NCBI GenBank assembly: GCA_016214655.1
Contig: JACROC010000005.1
Location: forward strand, 3,078-67,077
DNA: 64,000 nt
DNA from: Candidatus Harrisonbacteria bacterium
GTDB lineage: Bacteria > Patescibacteriota > Minisyncoccia > UBA6257 > 02-FULL-45-10c
Direction: 5' to 3'
Every line of letters starts with the position of its first letter. The stretch's first letter is position 1. Of the stretch, positions 53,090 to 63,036 are shown in pieces. The notes below the pieces were generated by a model. The model saw only the letters and a program-made list of their open reading frames with translations. It made no database searches and was not told the DNA's origin. The position numbers and the translations under genes are program-made.

Positions 53090-53596
53090 CTATACACTCT
53101 TGCGTTGAAATATTTTTTTGAAAAATCCGACTTTTTCTTTCGGCTTTTGTTCGTGTTTTTCGATTTCTAGTTTAGGTTTTGTGACTTTACCAGCTTTTTC
53201 TTTTTTCGGCAATTTGGCCTTTTTAACTTCGGCAATATTAAATCTAGGTGCCTTAGCCTTTTCACGGTCTTCCACGATTAGTAAAACGTGGCTGGTTTTT
53301 TTCTGAATCGGAGTAGCCCTGCCCATGGCTCTGGGTAAAAATCGTTTCATCATTGGTCCTTGATCTACTCGGATACTTTCAATAAATAAATTATCCGTGT
53401 TTAATTTGTAATTATTTTTAGCATTGGCAATCGCGGAACGCAGTAATTGCAAAAGCGGTTTGCCGGAACGCTGTGGCCTAAATAAAAGTTGCGCCTCAGC
53501 TTCATTTACTGACAATCCTTTTAAAGCAGAAGCAACCAAGCGTACTTTTCTGGGAGCAACGTGTAAATGATTCAGTTTTGCGATTACTTTTGTCAT
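53090..53596 (-). CDS. rplV: 50S ribosomal protein L22 with Lys-rich C-terminal extension
   Basis: Colinear L22 core followed by about 50 aa KKEK-rich tail. Confidence 0.9.
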   Translation of the reverse strand: MTKVIAKLNHLHVAPRKVRLVASALKGLSVNEAEAQLLFRPQRSGKPLLQLLRSAIANAKNNYKLNTDNLFIESIRVDQGPMMKRFLPRAMGRATPIQKKTSHVLLIVEDREKAKAPRFNIAEVKKAKLPKKEKAGKVTKPKLEIEKHEQKPKEKVGFFKKIFQRKSV

Positions 53597-53602
53597 ACTT
53601 TT

Positions 53603-53932
53603 TTATTTTTTAGCTGCCGGTGCCGATGGCGCTGAACCTGCTGGCTGAGCCGCAGCCGCTTCCAATTCGCGCTGCATTTTACCGCCGTGCCTAACGAACT
53701 TCCTAGTGGGCGCAAATTCTCCCAAACGATGTCCCACCATCTCTTCCTTTATCAAAACCTCAATAAAATTTTTGCCGTTATGGACGCCAAAAGTAAAGCC
53801 GACCATTTCCGGAGCTATTTCTGAATCGCGTGACCAAGTCTTAATAACCGTATTGTCGCCAATCCGTAATTTAGATATTTTTTTCAATAATTTTGGATCT
53901 ACATGCGGACCCTTTTTTGATGATCTGCTCAT
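53603..53932 (-). CDS. rpsS: 30S ribosomal protein S19 with Ala/Pro-rich C-terminal tail
   Basis: [11 protein letters not shown]...TWSRDSEI...GHRLGEF. Confidence 0.9.
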   Translation of the reverse strand: MSRSSKKGPHVDPKLLKKISKLRIGDNTVIKTWSRDSEIAPEMVGFTFGVHNGKNFIEVLIKEEMVGHRLGEFAPTRKFVRHGGKMQRELEAAAAQPAGSAPSAPAAKK

Positions 53933-53938
53933 GTTACG

Positions 53939-54763
53939 TTATTTCGGTCTTCGCTGCATAATTAATTTATTTGACCACTTTTTACGGTTCCTGGTTTTTC
54001 TGCCGCCGGTAATATTCCCCCAGATATCTTTCGGGCGCTTAGTGCCTCTTTGGGTTCTTCCTTCACCGCCTCCATACGGATGATCAACCGGATTCATGAC
54101 TTTACCGCGGACAGTCGGCCTGATTCCAAGCCAGCGGGACCGCCCGGCTTTGCCGATTGTTACTAAATTCCAGTCAGGATTTGAAACTTGGCCTAAAGAC
54201 GCATAGCCATCCGCGGGAACCTTGCGTACTTCTCCGGAAGACATTTTTAGAATTGAATATTTTCCCTCTTGTCCGAGAACTTCAGCATAAGATCCGGCGG
54301 ATCTGGCAAGCTGTCCGCCCTTGCCTATTTGCATTTCAATATTATGCGCTTGATAACCAATTGGGATATTTTTAACCATCAACCGATTTCCTATTTTTAA
54401 AGGAGCGGCAGGAGCGGTTAAAACATCATCGCTCACTTTCAGATCTTTCGGCGCAAGTATGTATCTCCTTTCTCCGTCTTTATAAACAACCAAAGCGATA
54501 AAAGCAGTGCGGTAGGGATCGTATTCGATAGTTTCCACTTTTCCGGGAATGTTTAATTTATCTTGTTTAAAATCAACAAGACGGTAGAGCTTTCTGTTTC
54601 CGCTTCCTTGATGCCTAGTGGTAATTCTTCCGTGGTGATTTCTCCCGGCTTTGTCCGACAGTTTTGCAGTTAATGGCTTGTATGGCTCCGTAGCAGTGAC
54701 TGCGCCGTAATCTACGCTGGTCATTTGTCTGCGCGCCGGAGATGTTGGTTTATATTGTTTCAT
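53939..54763 (-). CDS. rplB: 50S ribosomal protein L2
   Basis: Colinear L2 similarity including the GGGEG region. Confidence 0.9.
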   Translation of the reverse strand: MKQYKPTSPARRQMTSVDYGAVTATEPYKPLTAKLSDKAGRNHHGRITTRHQGSGNRKLYRLVDFKQDKLNIPGKVETIEYDPYRTAFIALVVYKDGERRYILAPKDLKVSDDVLTAPAAPLKIGNRLMVKNIPIGYQAHNIEMQIGKGGQLARSAGSYAEVLGQEGKYSILKMSSGEVRKVPADGYASLGQVSNPDWNLVTIGKAGRSRWLGIRPTVRGKVMNPVDHPYGGGEGRTQRGTKRPKDIWGNITGGRKTRNRKKWSNKLIMQRRPK

Positions 54764-54765
54764 AA

Positions 54766-55056
54766 TTATTGCGGCAATACGTCTAATTTCTGCCCTTTTT
54801 GGAGGGTCATAATTATTTTCTTATAGCCAGGCTTAGTGCCAACCGACATCCCCAGCCTTCTTGTTTTATTTTTCGTATTAATAACATTGGTTTTAATAAC
54901 CTTTACTTTATAGATAGCTTCCACCGCTTTTTTAGCTTCAGTAGCACTGGCATTATTATCAACTAAAAATACATATTTGCCACCTCCGCTTAAACTGGTT
55001 GATTTTTCAGTGACGATTGGGTTTTTTATTAAAAATTTATTTGCCATATTAATCAT
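54766..55056 (-). CDS. rplW: 50S ribosomal protein L23
   Basis: Colinear L23 similarity. Confidence 0.85.
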   Translation of the reverse strand: MINMANKFLIKNPIVTEKSTSLSGGGKYVFLVDNNASATEAKKAVEAIYKVKVIKTNVINTKNKTRRLGMSVGTKPGYKKIIMTLQKGQKLDVLPQ

Positions 55057-55669
55057 GGGCTGATAATTCTTTCAGTGCTTTTTGATCTATTAAAATATAT
55101 TTGTGATTTAAAACATCAAAAACATTTAAATTTTCAGCTAATATACAATCCAGATTAGATAAATTCCTGGCCGCGCGGACAACATTTTTATTTTCATTGG
55201 CTACCACTAAAAGCGCGGATTTTCCGCCACTAAGATTCTTAACTGCATTTGCGATGCTCTTGGTCTTTAAATCGGGCAATTCTAATTTATTCAGAATTTT
55301 TAATTCGTCCATAACTAATTTTTTGGATAAAGCGCTGTTTAACGCCAATTGGAGCATTTTTTTATTAGTTTTTTGAGAAAAATCCGTAGTATTTCTTGGT
55401 CCAAATGAGACCCCGCCATGTCGCCATAGAGGTGAACGAATTGAACCGTGTCTAGCTCTGCCAGTTCCTTTTTGACGCCACGGTTTAATGCCGCCCCCGC
55501 TTATCTCGCCCCTGGTTTTGGTATGAGCTACCGGTTGGCGTAAATTAGCCGCGATAGATTTAAAAACCTGGTGGACTAGTGCCGCATTCCATTCTGTAGA
55601 TAAAAAAACCGGCGCTGCCATTTCGCTCGTAACATTACCGTCTTGATTGTATACTTTGATATTTTCCAT
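55049..55669 (-). CDS. rplD: 50S ribosomal protein L4
   Basis: Colinear L4 similarity. Confidence 0.9.
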   Translation of the reverse strand: MENIKVYNQDGNVTSEMAAPVFLSTEWNAALVHQVFKSIAANLRQPVAHTKTRGEISGGGIKPWRQKGTGRARHGSIRSPLWRHGGVSFGPRNTTDFSQKTNKKMLQLALNSALSKKLVMDELKILNKLELPDLKTKSIANAVKNLSGGKSALLVVANENKNVVRAARNLSNLDCILAENLNVFDVLNHKYILIDQKALKELSAHD

Positions 55670-55686
55670 AAGATTTATTGGGCGGC

Positions 55687-56112
55687 CTATTTGCTGATTG
55701 TTATTTTCCCATTAATATTTCCCGGGACAGAGCCTTTAACCATTAATAAAGATTGATCTTTATCCACCATAACTATTTTCAGATTGCGGATAGTTTTTTT
55801 GACTGCCCCCATGTGGCCAGCCATTTTTCTTCCTGGAAGAACACGTTGCGGAGAGGTATTACCAATAGAACCTGGCGCGCGATAACGATTTTTTTGTCCA
55901 TGGGTTTTCGGTCCACCGGCAAAACTCCATCGTTTAACTACGCCTTGGAATCCCCTGCCCTTAACTATGCCGGATATCTTAACTTGATCCCCCTCTTTAA
56001 AGGAATCGAGTTGTGCTCCATCTTGTATCTTTAGAGGCGAAACCGGCACGACTATGTCGCCTTTCCATATCTGGGTCATTTTTAATTTTGTCGCTAAAAT
56101 TTTCATACTCAT
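55687..56112 (-). CDS. rplC: 50S ribosomal protein L3, shortened form (141 aa)
   Basis: N-terminal LKMTQIW block and C-terminal KGRGFQGVVKRWSF...HRAPGSIG block are present. About 60 aa of the central region found in E. coli and B. subtilis L3 is absent. Confidence 0.85.
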   Translation of the reverse strand: MSMKILATKLKMTQIWKGDIVVPVSPLKIQDGAQLDSFKEGDQVKISGIVKGRGFQGVVKRWSFAGGPKTHGQKNRYRAPGSIGNTSPQRVLPGRKMAGHMGAVKKTIRNLKIVMVDKDQSLLMVKGSVPGNINGKITISK

Positions 56113-56186
56113 TAAAAATCACCTCGCAAGATTAGCAAGGTGATTTTTTAAAATGCTTTTAGCTAATCCTTACGATGCGATATAGT

Positions 56187-56513
56187 TTACACCATTTTGA
56201 TTTCTATATCAACACCTGCAGGTAAATTCAAGTTCGAAAGCGATTCGATGATTTTTTGATTTGGATTCAATATATCAATCAGCCGTTTATGAACTCTCAA
56301 CTCAAATTGTTCACGCGAATCTTTGTGAACAAAAGTCGAGCGATTAACGGTGTACTTTCGAATCTCGGTGGGTAAAGGTATGGGGCCAATGATTTCCGCA
56401 TCATGACGTCTTGCGGTATCAATAATTTGTCTGCAAGAATTATCAATCAGCTTATGGTCGTAAGCCTTTATCTTTAACCTCAATTTTTCCTTTTCAATGT
56501 CTTTTTTCGCCAT
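56187..56513 (-). CDS. rpsJ: 30S ribosomal protein S10
   Basis: Colinear S10 similarity. Confidence 0.9.
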   Translation of the reverse strand: MAKKDIEKEKLRLKIKAYDHKLIDNSCRQIIDTARRHDAEIIGPIPLPTEIRKYTVNRSTFVHKDSREQFELRVHKRLIDILNPNQKIIESLSNLNLPAGVDIEIKMV

Positions 56514-56582
56514 TCTAATAGCGTTTTATGCGTCTAATTTCATCTTTCAAGTATCTTGACGCCCGATACCTGATGTTTGGAT

Positions 56583-57782
56583 CTATTTATTAATTTTGGT
56601 TACTACTCCGGCGCCTACGGTTTTACCGCCTTCCCGGATGGCAAACCTTTGTTTTTCCTCAAGAGCTACTGGAGCAATCAATTTAACAGAGAGTTTTATC
56701 GTGTCGCCTGGCATAACCATTTCCATTCCTTCCGGTAAGATTACTTCCCCGGTAACGTCAGTGGTGCGGATATAAAATTGCGGTTTGTATCCCTTAAAGA
56801 ACGGAGTATGTCGTCCGCCTTCTTCTTTGCTTAACACATATACTTCAGTTTCAAATTCGGTATGCGGAGTTACTGATCCCGGCTTGGCTAATACTTGACC
56901 GCGTTCTACGTCCTCTTTTTTCAATCCGCGGAGCAATACCCCGACGTTATCACCGGCTCTTCCCTCATCAAGCAATTTATTGAACATTTCGATACCGGTA
57001 ACCACGGTTTTGGTTGTAGGACGAAGACCAATAATTTCAATTTCTTCGTTAAGTTTAACCATACCTCTTTCTACGCGGCCGGTTACTACAGTACCGCGGC
57101 CCTCAATAGAGAAAATATCTTCTATCGGCATTAAGAATGGCTTACTGGTATCGCGGACCGGTTCCGGGATAAATTCGTCTAAAGCCCTAACTAAATCCAA
57201 AATAGGTTTTACAGCTTCATCATCCGCAGATTTGGCTTCTAATGCTTTTAATGCAGATCCCCGAATAACCGGGGTGGTATCACCCGGATATTCATATTTC
57301 TTTAAGAGTTCGCGCACTTCGGATTCAACTAAGTCAACAAGTTCTTTGTCGTCAACCATATCCACTTTATTAAGGAAAACTACAAGGGCCGGCACGCCGA
57401 CCTGGCGGGCAAGTAAAATGTGTTCACGGGTCTGAGGCATTGGGCCGTCAGCTGCGGATACAACTAAAACTGCGCCGTCCATCTGAGCAGCGCCGGTAAT
57501 CATGTTTTTAATATAATCGGCGTGTCCCGGAGCATCTACGTGCGCATAGTGGCGCTTTTCAGATTCATATTCGGAATGGTGAAGCGCGATGGTAATACCA
57601 CGGGCTTTTTCTTCCGGAGCATTATCGATATCGTCAACCTTCTCTTCCTTGGATGCGAGACCTTTTAAGAAAAGGACATGTGTTAAGGCCGCGGTTAAAG
57701 TAGTTTTACCGTGGTCGACGTGTCCAATAGTGCCGACGTTTACGTGCGGCTTTTTCCGTTCAAACTTAGCTTTTTCTGCCAT
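56583..57782 (-). CDS. tuf: elongation factor Tu
   Basis: [18 protein letters not shown] and NKVD G-motifs. Confidence 0.95.
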   Translation of the reverse strand: MAEKAKFERKKPHVNVGTIGHVDHGKTTLTAALTHVLFLKGLASKEEKVDDIDNAPEEKARGITIALHHSEYESEKRHYAHVDAPGHADYIKNMITGAAQMDGAVLVVSAADGPMPQTREHILLARQVGVPALVVFLNKVDMVDDKELVDLVESEVRELLKKYEYPGDTTPVIRGSALKALEAKSADDEAVKPILDLVRALDEFIPEPVRDTSKPFLMPIEDIFSIEGRGTVVTGRVERGMVKLNEEIEIIGLRPTTKTVVTGIEMFNKLLDEGRAGDNVGVLLRGLKKEDVERGQVLAKPGSVTPHTEFETEVYVLSKEEGGRHTPFFKGYKPQFYIRTTDVTGEVILPEGMEMVMPGDTIKLSVKLIAPVALEEKQRFAIREGGKTVGAGVVTKINK

Positions 57783-58014
57783 AGCTTTTACATTTTTTGG
57801 CGGATTTTAAGCCATTCCGCCGATTTGTTAATTTTTAATTATTTTAAATTAATTAGCTCTCGACGCGTAATACAAAATAGTATATCTCAAAAGCTCTAAA
57901 ATAGTCAAGGGGGGCTTTCTGTGGATAGTCAAAACCGAATTTTCTGCATTGCATTTGGAGCCAATAATTGATATTTTAAATGAAACGGCTCTTTTAAAAT
58001 CTAAAGGATAATAA

Positions 58015-58647
58015 ATGCCGATTTGGCTGGAGCTGACGCTTGTTTTTACGGCAATTGAATCGCTTATTTGGACATTTGACGGGCTTGGGTTGGTAAAATG
58101 GTTAGCGGCTACTGCACTCTTAGAAATAGTAATTTACAGCTGGCATAAGCGCGGAGATACCTGGAGCTCATTAGGCATTACTTCGATTGATCGGAAAAAA
58201 GATGTATTACTACTGGCTTTTACTTTTTTAATTTTATGGGGAGCAGTAATGCTGGTTGCAGAAATTTGGAATCCCGGCGTGTTCGGAACAATAAATCTGT
58301 TAAATCCGATCCAGCATTTTTTCTGGTATTTGATCTGGGCCTGGTTTCAGCAATTATGTTTTAATGGTTATTTTGTAAATCGTCTGCAGACGGTTTTAAA
58401 AAATAAATTTTGCGCAATGATTGCCGCCGGATTGCTTTTCGGACTGATACATCTTCCGAACCCGGTTCTGGTTGTTGTTACAATCATCGGTGGTATAGTC
58501 AGCGCGTATTTTTATGGGCGAAACCGGAATCTTTGGTATTTAGCGATTGGCCATGCAGCGCTTGCGGTTACAATTCATCATTTTTTGCCGATTGCCTGGC
58601 ATCATCAAATGCGAATTGGGCCAGGATTTTACACTTGGCACCCTTAA
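58015..58647 (+). CDS. divergent CPBP/Abi-like multi-TM protein inserted between tuf and fusA, opposite strand
   Basis: Six or more TM helices with FGLIHL and AIGHAAL CPBP-type motifs. The canonical EE motif is not obvious. Confidence 0.5.
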   Translation: MPIWLELTLVFTAIESLIWTFDGLGLVKWLAATALLEIVIYSWHKRGDTWSSLGITSIDRKKDVLLLAFTFLILWGAVMLVAEIWNPGVFGTINLLNPIQHFFWYLIWAWFQQLCFNGYFVNRLQTVLKNKFCAMIAAGLLFGLIHLPNPVLVVVTIIGGIVSAYFYGRNRNLWYLAIGHAALAVTIHHFLPIAWHHQMRIGPGFYTWHP

Positions 58648-58749
58648 AATGAAGCCTCTTGCAGGCTTCACCCCGCCGACGGCGGGGTTTGTTGCTTGTA
58701 GTCAAATCTATCCCCAACTTTGAGTCGGGGCTTTCTTTGGACAAACAAT

Positions 58750-58783
58750 AAAAAATCCCGTTACTTCAGAACGGGATTTTTTG
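58750..58783. terminator. bidirectional terminator
   Basis: aaaaaatcccgtt-acttcaga-acgggatttttt. Preceded by three more GC hairpins (gaagcct..aggcttc, ccccgcc..ggcgggg, cccc..gggg). Confidence 0.6.
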
Positions 58784-59051
58784 TTTTTTTGCGCGACTCG
58801 CAAAGGAAATCCTCGATAATTTTTTTGGTGTCATTCGGATCCGGATCAGGCACCTTGGGGTTATCATCTCCTCCGTCATTCCATCCGCCGCCGTTATCAT
58901 CAGGCAGCCATAAAGTAAAAAATGTTATCAGAAAAAATATTGCCCAAATTGTCAGAAATACTGAATGGGGTAATTGCCATTTGATGGTTAGGGCGATAAA
59001 TGCCAGCCAGAAGCCATTAATAAGTAATGCCCAGCATAACCGTTTAATCAC
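58761..59051 (-). CDS. small membrane protein (96 aa, 2 TM, Gly/Asp/Pro-rich tail)
   Basis: ORF-track ORF with two clear hydrophobic helices. Confidence 0.45.
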   Translation of the reverse strand: MIKRLCWALLINGFWLAFIALTIKWQLPHSVFLTIWAIFFLITFFTLWLPDDNGGGWNDGGDDNPKVPDPDPNDTKKIIEDFLCESRKKTKNPVLK

Positions 59052-59155
59052 AACCTGACATTTATTTTCTTTTGTTTTAAGAACTGAAATTAAATTAACA
59101 CTTTAGGCAGTACAAAACAAGTAAAAAGTACTTATAAAAAGAGTTTAAAGCAACC

Positions 59156-61258
59156 CTATTTCTTTCCTTCCTTAATCAATTCTGAAATATTATTAGGAAC
59201 TTCTTCGTAGTGGGAAAATTCCATGTTAAAGTTGCCTCTCCCTTGCGTCATAGACCGGAGCTTGGTTGCATAACCGAACATTTCTGAAAGCGGAACTTTG
59301 GAATCAATGACTTTAATGCTGGCCCGATCATTCATAGCTTCGATTTTTCCGCGCTTGGAACTGATATCTCCGGTTGCGTCGCCCATAAATTCAGTTGGAA
59401 TTAGAGTTTGTACTTTCATTATAGGTTCAAGAATCACGGGTTTAGCCCGTTTAGCAGCCTCCTGGAGCGCCATTGAACCGGCAATTTTGAATGCCGCTTC
59501 CGATGAATCAACCTCGTGATACGAACCGTCATATAAAGTAACCTTGATATCATTCAACGGATAGCCAGCGACAACGCCTTTTGCCATAGCTTCAACAACT
59601 CCCTTTTCAACCGGTTTAATAAATTCTTGCGGAATAACGCCGCCCTTAATTTCATCTACAAATTCAAATCCTTTTCCCCTTTCTAGCGGTTCAACGCGAA
59701 GGCGTACATGCCCATACTGACCTCTGCCTCCGGACTGTTTAATATATTTTCCCTCCGCTTCCGCCCCCGTTTTAATCGTTTCGCGATATGCTACTTGCGG
59801 ACGCCCAACATTAGCAAGCACGGTAAATTCCCGCTTCATGCGGTCAACGATAATTTCTAGGTGTAATTCACCCATGCCCCAGATGATCGTTTCTCCAGTT
59901 TCGGCATCGCCGGTAACACGGAAAGTCGGATCCTCATCGCTTAATCGGCGGAGCGCTATGCCCATTTTTTCCTGGTCAGCTTTGGTTTTTGGTTCAATCC
60001 GGAGAGAGATAACTGGTTCTGGGAAAATAATTTTTTCCAGAATAATTGGATTTTCTTCATCACAAAGCGTGTCTCCGGTGGTGGTATTTTTTAGCCCTAC
60101 TATAGCGCCCAAATCTCCGGCATTAATTTCCTCTACTTCTTCTCTTTGATTGGCGTGCATCCGCACCATTCTGCCAATGCGCTCTCTGTCTCCTTTGGTG
60201 GAATTCAAAATATAACTCCCTCTTTTTGCCGTGCCGGAATAAACCCGGAAAAAAGTCAAACTGCCCACGAACGGATCGGCGGCAATTTTGAATGCCAGCG
60301 CTGAAAGATGGGCTTCGTCTTTAGGTTCTCTGGTAAGTTCGGCGCCGCTTTTCGGATCAATGCCCTTAACAGGCGGCACATCTAAAGGAGACGGCAAATA
60401 ATCAACTACTGCGTCCAGCACCAGCTGCACTCCTTTATTTTTCAGCGCAGAACCGCAAACAACCGGAACAATAGTATTGGCAATAGTTGCCTTCCTTAAA
60501 ACTCTTTTTAATGAATCTAAATCCGGCTCCTTGCCCTCCAGGTAGCCAGCCATAACCACATCATCTTGTTCAACAATTTTTTCGATTAATTGATGGCGCC
60601 GCCTTTTAGCCTCTTCGACTAAATTACCGGGAATTTCTCCCTCCACTATTTTTTCACCTTTTTCCCCTTCAAATCTATAAGCTTTCATTTTCAAAAGATC
60701 TATCACGCCTTCAAAATTTCCTTCTAATCCGATTGGAATTTGAATTGGAACCGCATTCGGAGTCAATCTCTCTAAAATAGAATTATAACTTCCATCAAAG
60801 CTGGCACCGGTTCTGTCCAATTTATTGATAAAGCAAAGCCGGGGAACCTTATATTCATCAGCATAGCGCCAATTAGTTTCGGACTGCGGTTCTACACCGG
60901 ATACTCCGTCAAAAACCACTACTGCTCCGTCCAAAACACGGAGCGACCGTTTCACCTCAACCGTAAAATCAATATGTCCCGGAGTGTCGATTAAATTAAT
61001 GCGATGCTCAAGTTGCTTATCACCTTTTTGATAAGTAGGGATCCAGAAGCAAGTGGTGGCGGCAGAAGTAATAGTAATACCGCGTTCTCTTTCCTGTTCC
61101 ATCCAGTCCATAATGGTATCGCCCTCATGCACCTCGCCGATTTTATGGGAAACTCCGGTATAAAAAAGAATCCGTTCAGAAACGGTAGTTTTTCCTGCAT
61201 CTATATGCGCGATGATCCCTATATCGCGGGTTTTTTCTATTGGATATTGTCGAGGCAT
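59156..61258 (-). CDS. fusA: elongation factor G
   Basis: [17 protein letters not shown] and the full five-domain length. Confidence 0.95.
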   Translation of the reverse strand: MPRQYPIEKTRDIGIIAHIDAGKTTVSERILFYTGVSHKIGEVHEGDTIMDWMEQERERGITITSAATTCFWIPTYQKGDKQLEHRINLIDTPGHIDFTVEVKRSLRVLDGAVVVFDGVSGVEPQSETNWRYADEYKVPRLCFINKLDRTGASFDGSYNSILERLTPNAVPIQIPIGLEGNFEGVIDLLKMKAYRFEGEKGEKIVEGEIPGNLVEEAKRRRHQLIEKIVEQDDVVMAGYLEGKEPDLDSLKRVLRKATIANTIVPVVCGSALKNKGVQLVLDAVVDYLPSPLDVPPVKGIDPKSGAELTREPKDEAHLSALAFKIAADPFVGSLTFFRVYSGTAKRGSYILNSTKGDRERIGRMVRMHANQREEVEEINAGDLGAIVGLKNTTTGDTLCDEENPIILEKIIFPEPVISLRIEPKTKADQEKMGIALRRLSDEDPTFRVTGDAETGETIIWGMGELHLEIIVDRMKREFTVLANVGRPQVAYRETIKTGAEAEGKYIKQSGGRGQYGHVRLRVEPLERGKGFEFVDEIKGGVIPQEFIKPVEKGVVEAMAKGVVAGYPLNDIKVTLYDGSYHEVDSSEAAFKIAGSMALQEAAKRAKPVILEPIMKVQTLIPTEFMGDATGDISSKRGKIEAMNDRASIKVIDSKVPLSEMFGYATKLRSMTQGRGNFNMEFSHYEEVPNNISELIKEGKK

Positions 61259-61266
61259 GAAATCTA

Positions 61267-61941
61267 CTATAAATAAGGCTGTAACTCATTAATAATTTCT
61301 ATTACTTCGTTTACTTCTTTCGGAGTAAGCAACCCCGGGCGTTCTTTTCTTGCATTCTGGACTATCTTAGCAATTGTTTGTTGAAGGTGCTGTATATTTT
61401 CTTTTGAGATATTCCAAGCTCCCGGAGTAGCCATACCTTCCACGATATCCTGTAGATTGGAAACATCTGCACGATCTTCTTGATGTTCACACGCTTCATC
61501 TAAAAAATTTTCAGTTATTTCTTTTGATAATCCAGCTTGTGCACATGCGCTTTCCATAGCTTTTATCTCTTTTTCTGTTATTTGAGTTCTTGATGCAACA
61601 GTAATATTTTCCTTAGATTGTTTAATTTTTTTGTTGAAATATTCAATTTTTTCTTCCGGCATTTTTTTAGGCGCCTCGTCATCCGTTAAAAAAAGCTCAG
61701 CGGCCATCAATGGAGCAGTTAATGAATTTGTGCGGTACTTACTGCGTTTGCTGGCTAAAAATTTTTCTCGTGCTGCCGGGTCAGTAGCGCTTCTTTTTAT
61801 TAATTCTTTTTGCTGTTCGTCCGAAAGATATTCGCCCGGTTCATCGGGACGATTTAGGAAAGATTTAAAAATTTTTTTGGCTGCTTCAGAGGCTTTCTCT
61901 GATTCCGGAGGAATTTCGAACTTAGGCATATTTTCGTGCAT
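61267..61941 (-). CDS. hydrophilic hypothetical protein (224 aa) inserted between rpsG and fusA
   Basis: Tight spacing: 3 nt after rpsG and 8 nt before fusA. No TM, no known motif. Confidence 0.55.
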   Translation of the reverse strand: MHENMPKFEIPPESEKASEAAKKIFKSFLNRPDEPGEYLSDEQQKELIKRSATDPAAREKFLASKRSKYRTNSLTAPLMAAELFLTDDEAPKKMPEEKIEYFNKKIKQSKENITVASRTQITEKEIKAMESACAQAGLSKEITENFLDEACEHQEDRADVSNLQDIVEGMATPGAWNISKENIQHLQQTIAKIVQNARKERPGLLTPKEVNEVIEIINELQPYL

Positions 61942-61944
61942 AAA

Positions 61945-62412
61945 TTATCTTGCAAAATGAGCAAAAGCCCTGTTGGCCTCTGCCATTTTATGGGTATCTT
62001 GTTTCTTTTTAATAGCTGATCCTTCATTTTTGGAAGCTAGTAATAATTCTTCGGCTAATCTTTGCGCCATTGGCTTTCCGGTTTTTTTCCTGGCCGCGTC
62101 AATAAGCCAGCGGGTTGCCAGCATGAATTTGCGCTCTTGCCTTACTTCTATAGGTACTTGGTAATTTGCTCCGCCAACTCTCCGGGTTTTCACTTCAACC
62201 ATTGGAGAAATATTTTCCATCGCTTTTTCAAAAATTGACAGCGGTTCTTGCCCAGTTTCTTTTTTAAGCTGTTCCATGGCGTCATACATTACTTTGGTAG
62301 CCACTCTTTTTTTGCCATCTTCCATTAAATAATTAATAAAACGGCCAAGCGCTACACTGCCATATTGCATATCCGGTTTATGTTCTCTTTGATAATTACG
62401 CTTTTTTCTCAT
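61945..62412 (-). CDS. rpsG: 30S ribosomal protein S7
   Basis: Colinear S7 similarity. Confidence 0.9.
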   Translation of the reverse strand: MRKKRNYQREHKPDMQYGSVALGRFINYLMEDGKKRVATKVMYDAMEQLKKETGQEPLSIFEKAMENISPMVEVKTRRVGGANYQVPIEVRQERKFMLATRWLIDAARKKTGKPMAQRLAEELLLASKNEGSAIKKKQDTHKMAEANRAFAHFAR

Positions 62413-62825
62413 GTTTTTTTAGGTCTTTTTGCTCCATACTTAGACCTTTGCTGTTTTCTGGCCTCTACCCCGCTGGTATCCAAAATTCCTCTTACGATAT
62501 GATAGCGGACTCCCGGAAGGTCTTTAACGCGGCCGCCGCGGATCATAACTACTGAGTGCTCCTGTAAATTATGGCCTTCTCCGGGTATATAAGCGGTAAC
62601 TTCCATACCATTGGTTAAACGGACGCGGGCTACTTTTCTTAAGGCTGAATTCGGCTTCTTTGGTGTAGTGGTAAAAACTTTAAGACAGACCCCTCTTTTA
62701 AAAGGCGAAGCGGATTTTACCGGACGGTTTTGAAGATAATTAAAATATCGCCCCAGCGCCGGAGATTTAGTTTTAGAAACTTTTGTTTTTCGGCTCCCTT
62801 TCATGAGCTGTCTGATTGTTGGCAT
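62409..62825 (-). CDS. rpsL: 30S ribosomal protein S12
   Basis: MPTIRQL...[11 protein letters not shown]. Confidence 0.95.
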   Translation of the reverse strand: MPTIRQLMKGSRKTKVSKTKSPALGRYFNYLQNRPVKSASPFKRGVCLKVFTTTPKKPNSALRKVARVRLTNGMEVTAYIPGEGHNLQEHSVVMIRGGRVKDLPGVRYHIVRGILDTSGVEARKQQRSKYGAKRPKKT

Positions 62826-62967
62826 ACCCGGTGCTACAACTTTGACTGGCGCTTAAAAAATTAAGCGTTAAATCAATCTTTGCAGTACGTATTAATATAA
62901 AATTACTAATTTTTCTTAATATATCCTCCCGGAGCTTATTTGGTCAAAGTTGTAGCTACCGGGCATG
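62823..62967 (-). repeat. copy C2 of the inverted-repeat-bracketed ~145-bp element; its proximal arm embeds the rpsL start codon
   Basis: catacccggtgctacaactttgac (CAT is the rpsL ATG) ... gtcaaagttgtagctaccgggcatg. Internal hairpin cgcttaa-aaaa-ttaagcg. Shares blocks ATAAGCT and GCAAAG..TTGATT with copy C1. In the gene orientation the distal arm region reads TTGACC-18-TATATT. Confidence 0.7.
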
Positions 62968-63036
62968 ATAAAAAATAGTATATCAGATATAAACATAATG
63001 TGTCAACGAAAATAGGCCTTACGGCCTATTATAAAT

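Noticed and set aside
58700-58740. CCCCAACTTTGAGTCGGGG resembling the CAACTTTGAC core of the C1/C2 arms
   Set aside because: Only 9 of 10 bases of the core match and there is no partner arm. It is more simply one of several GC hairpins after the CPBP-like gene.
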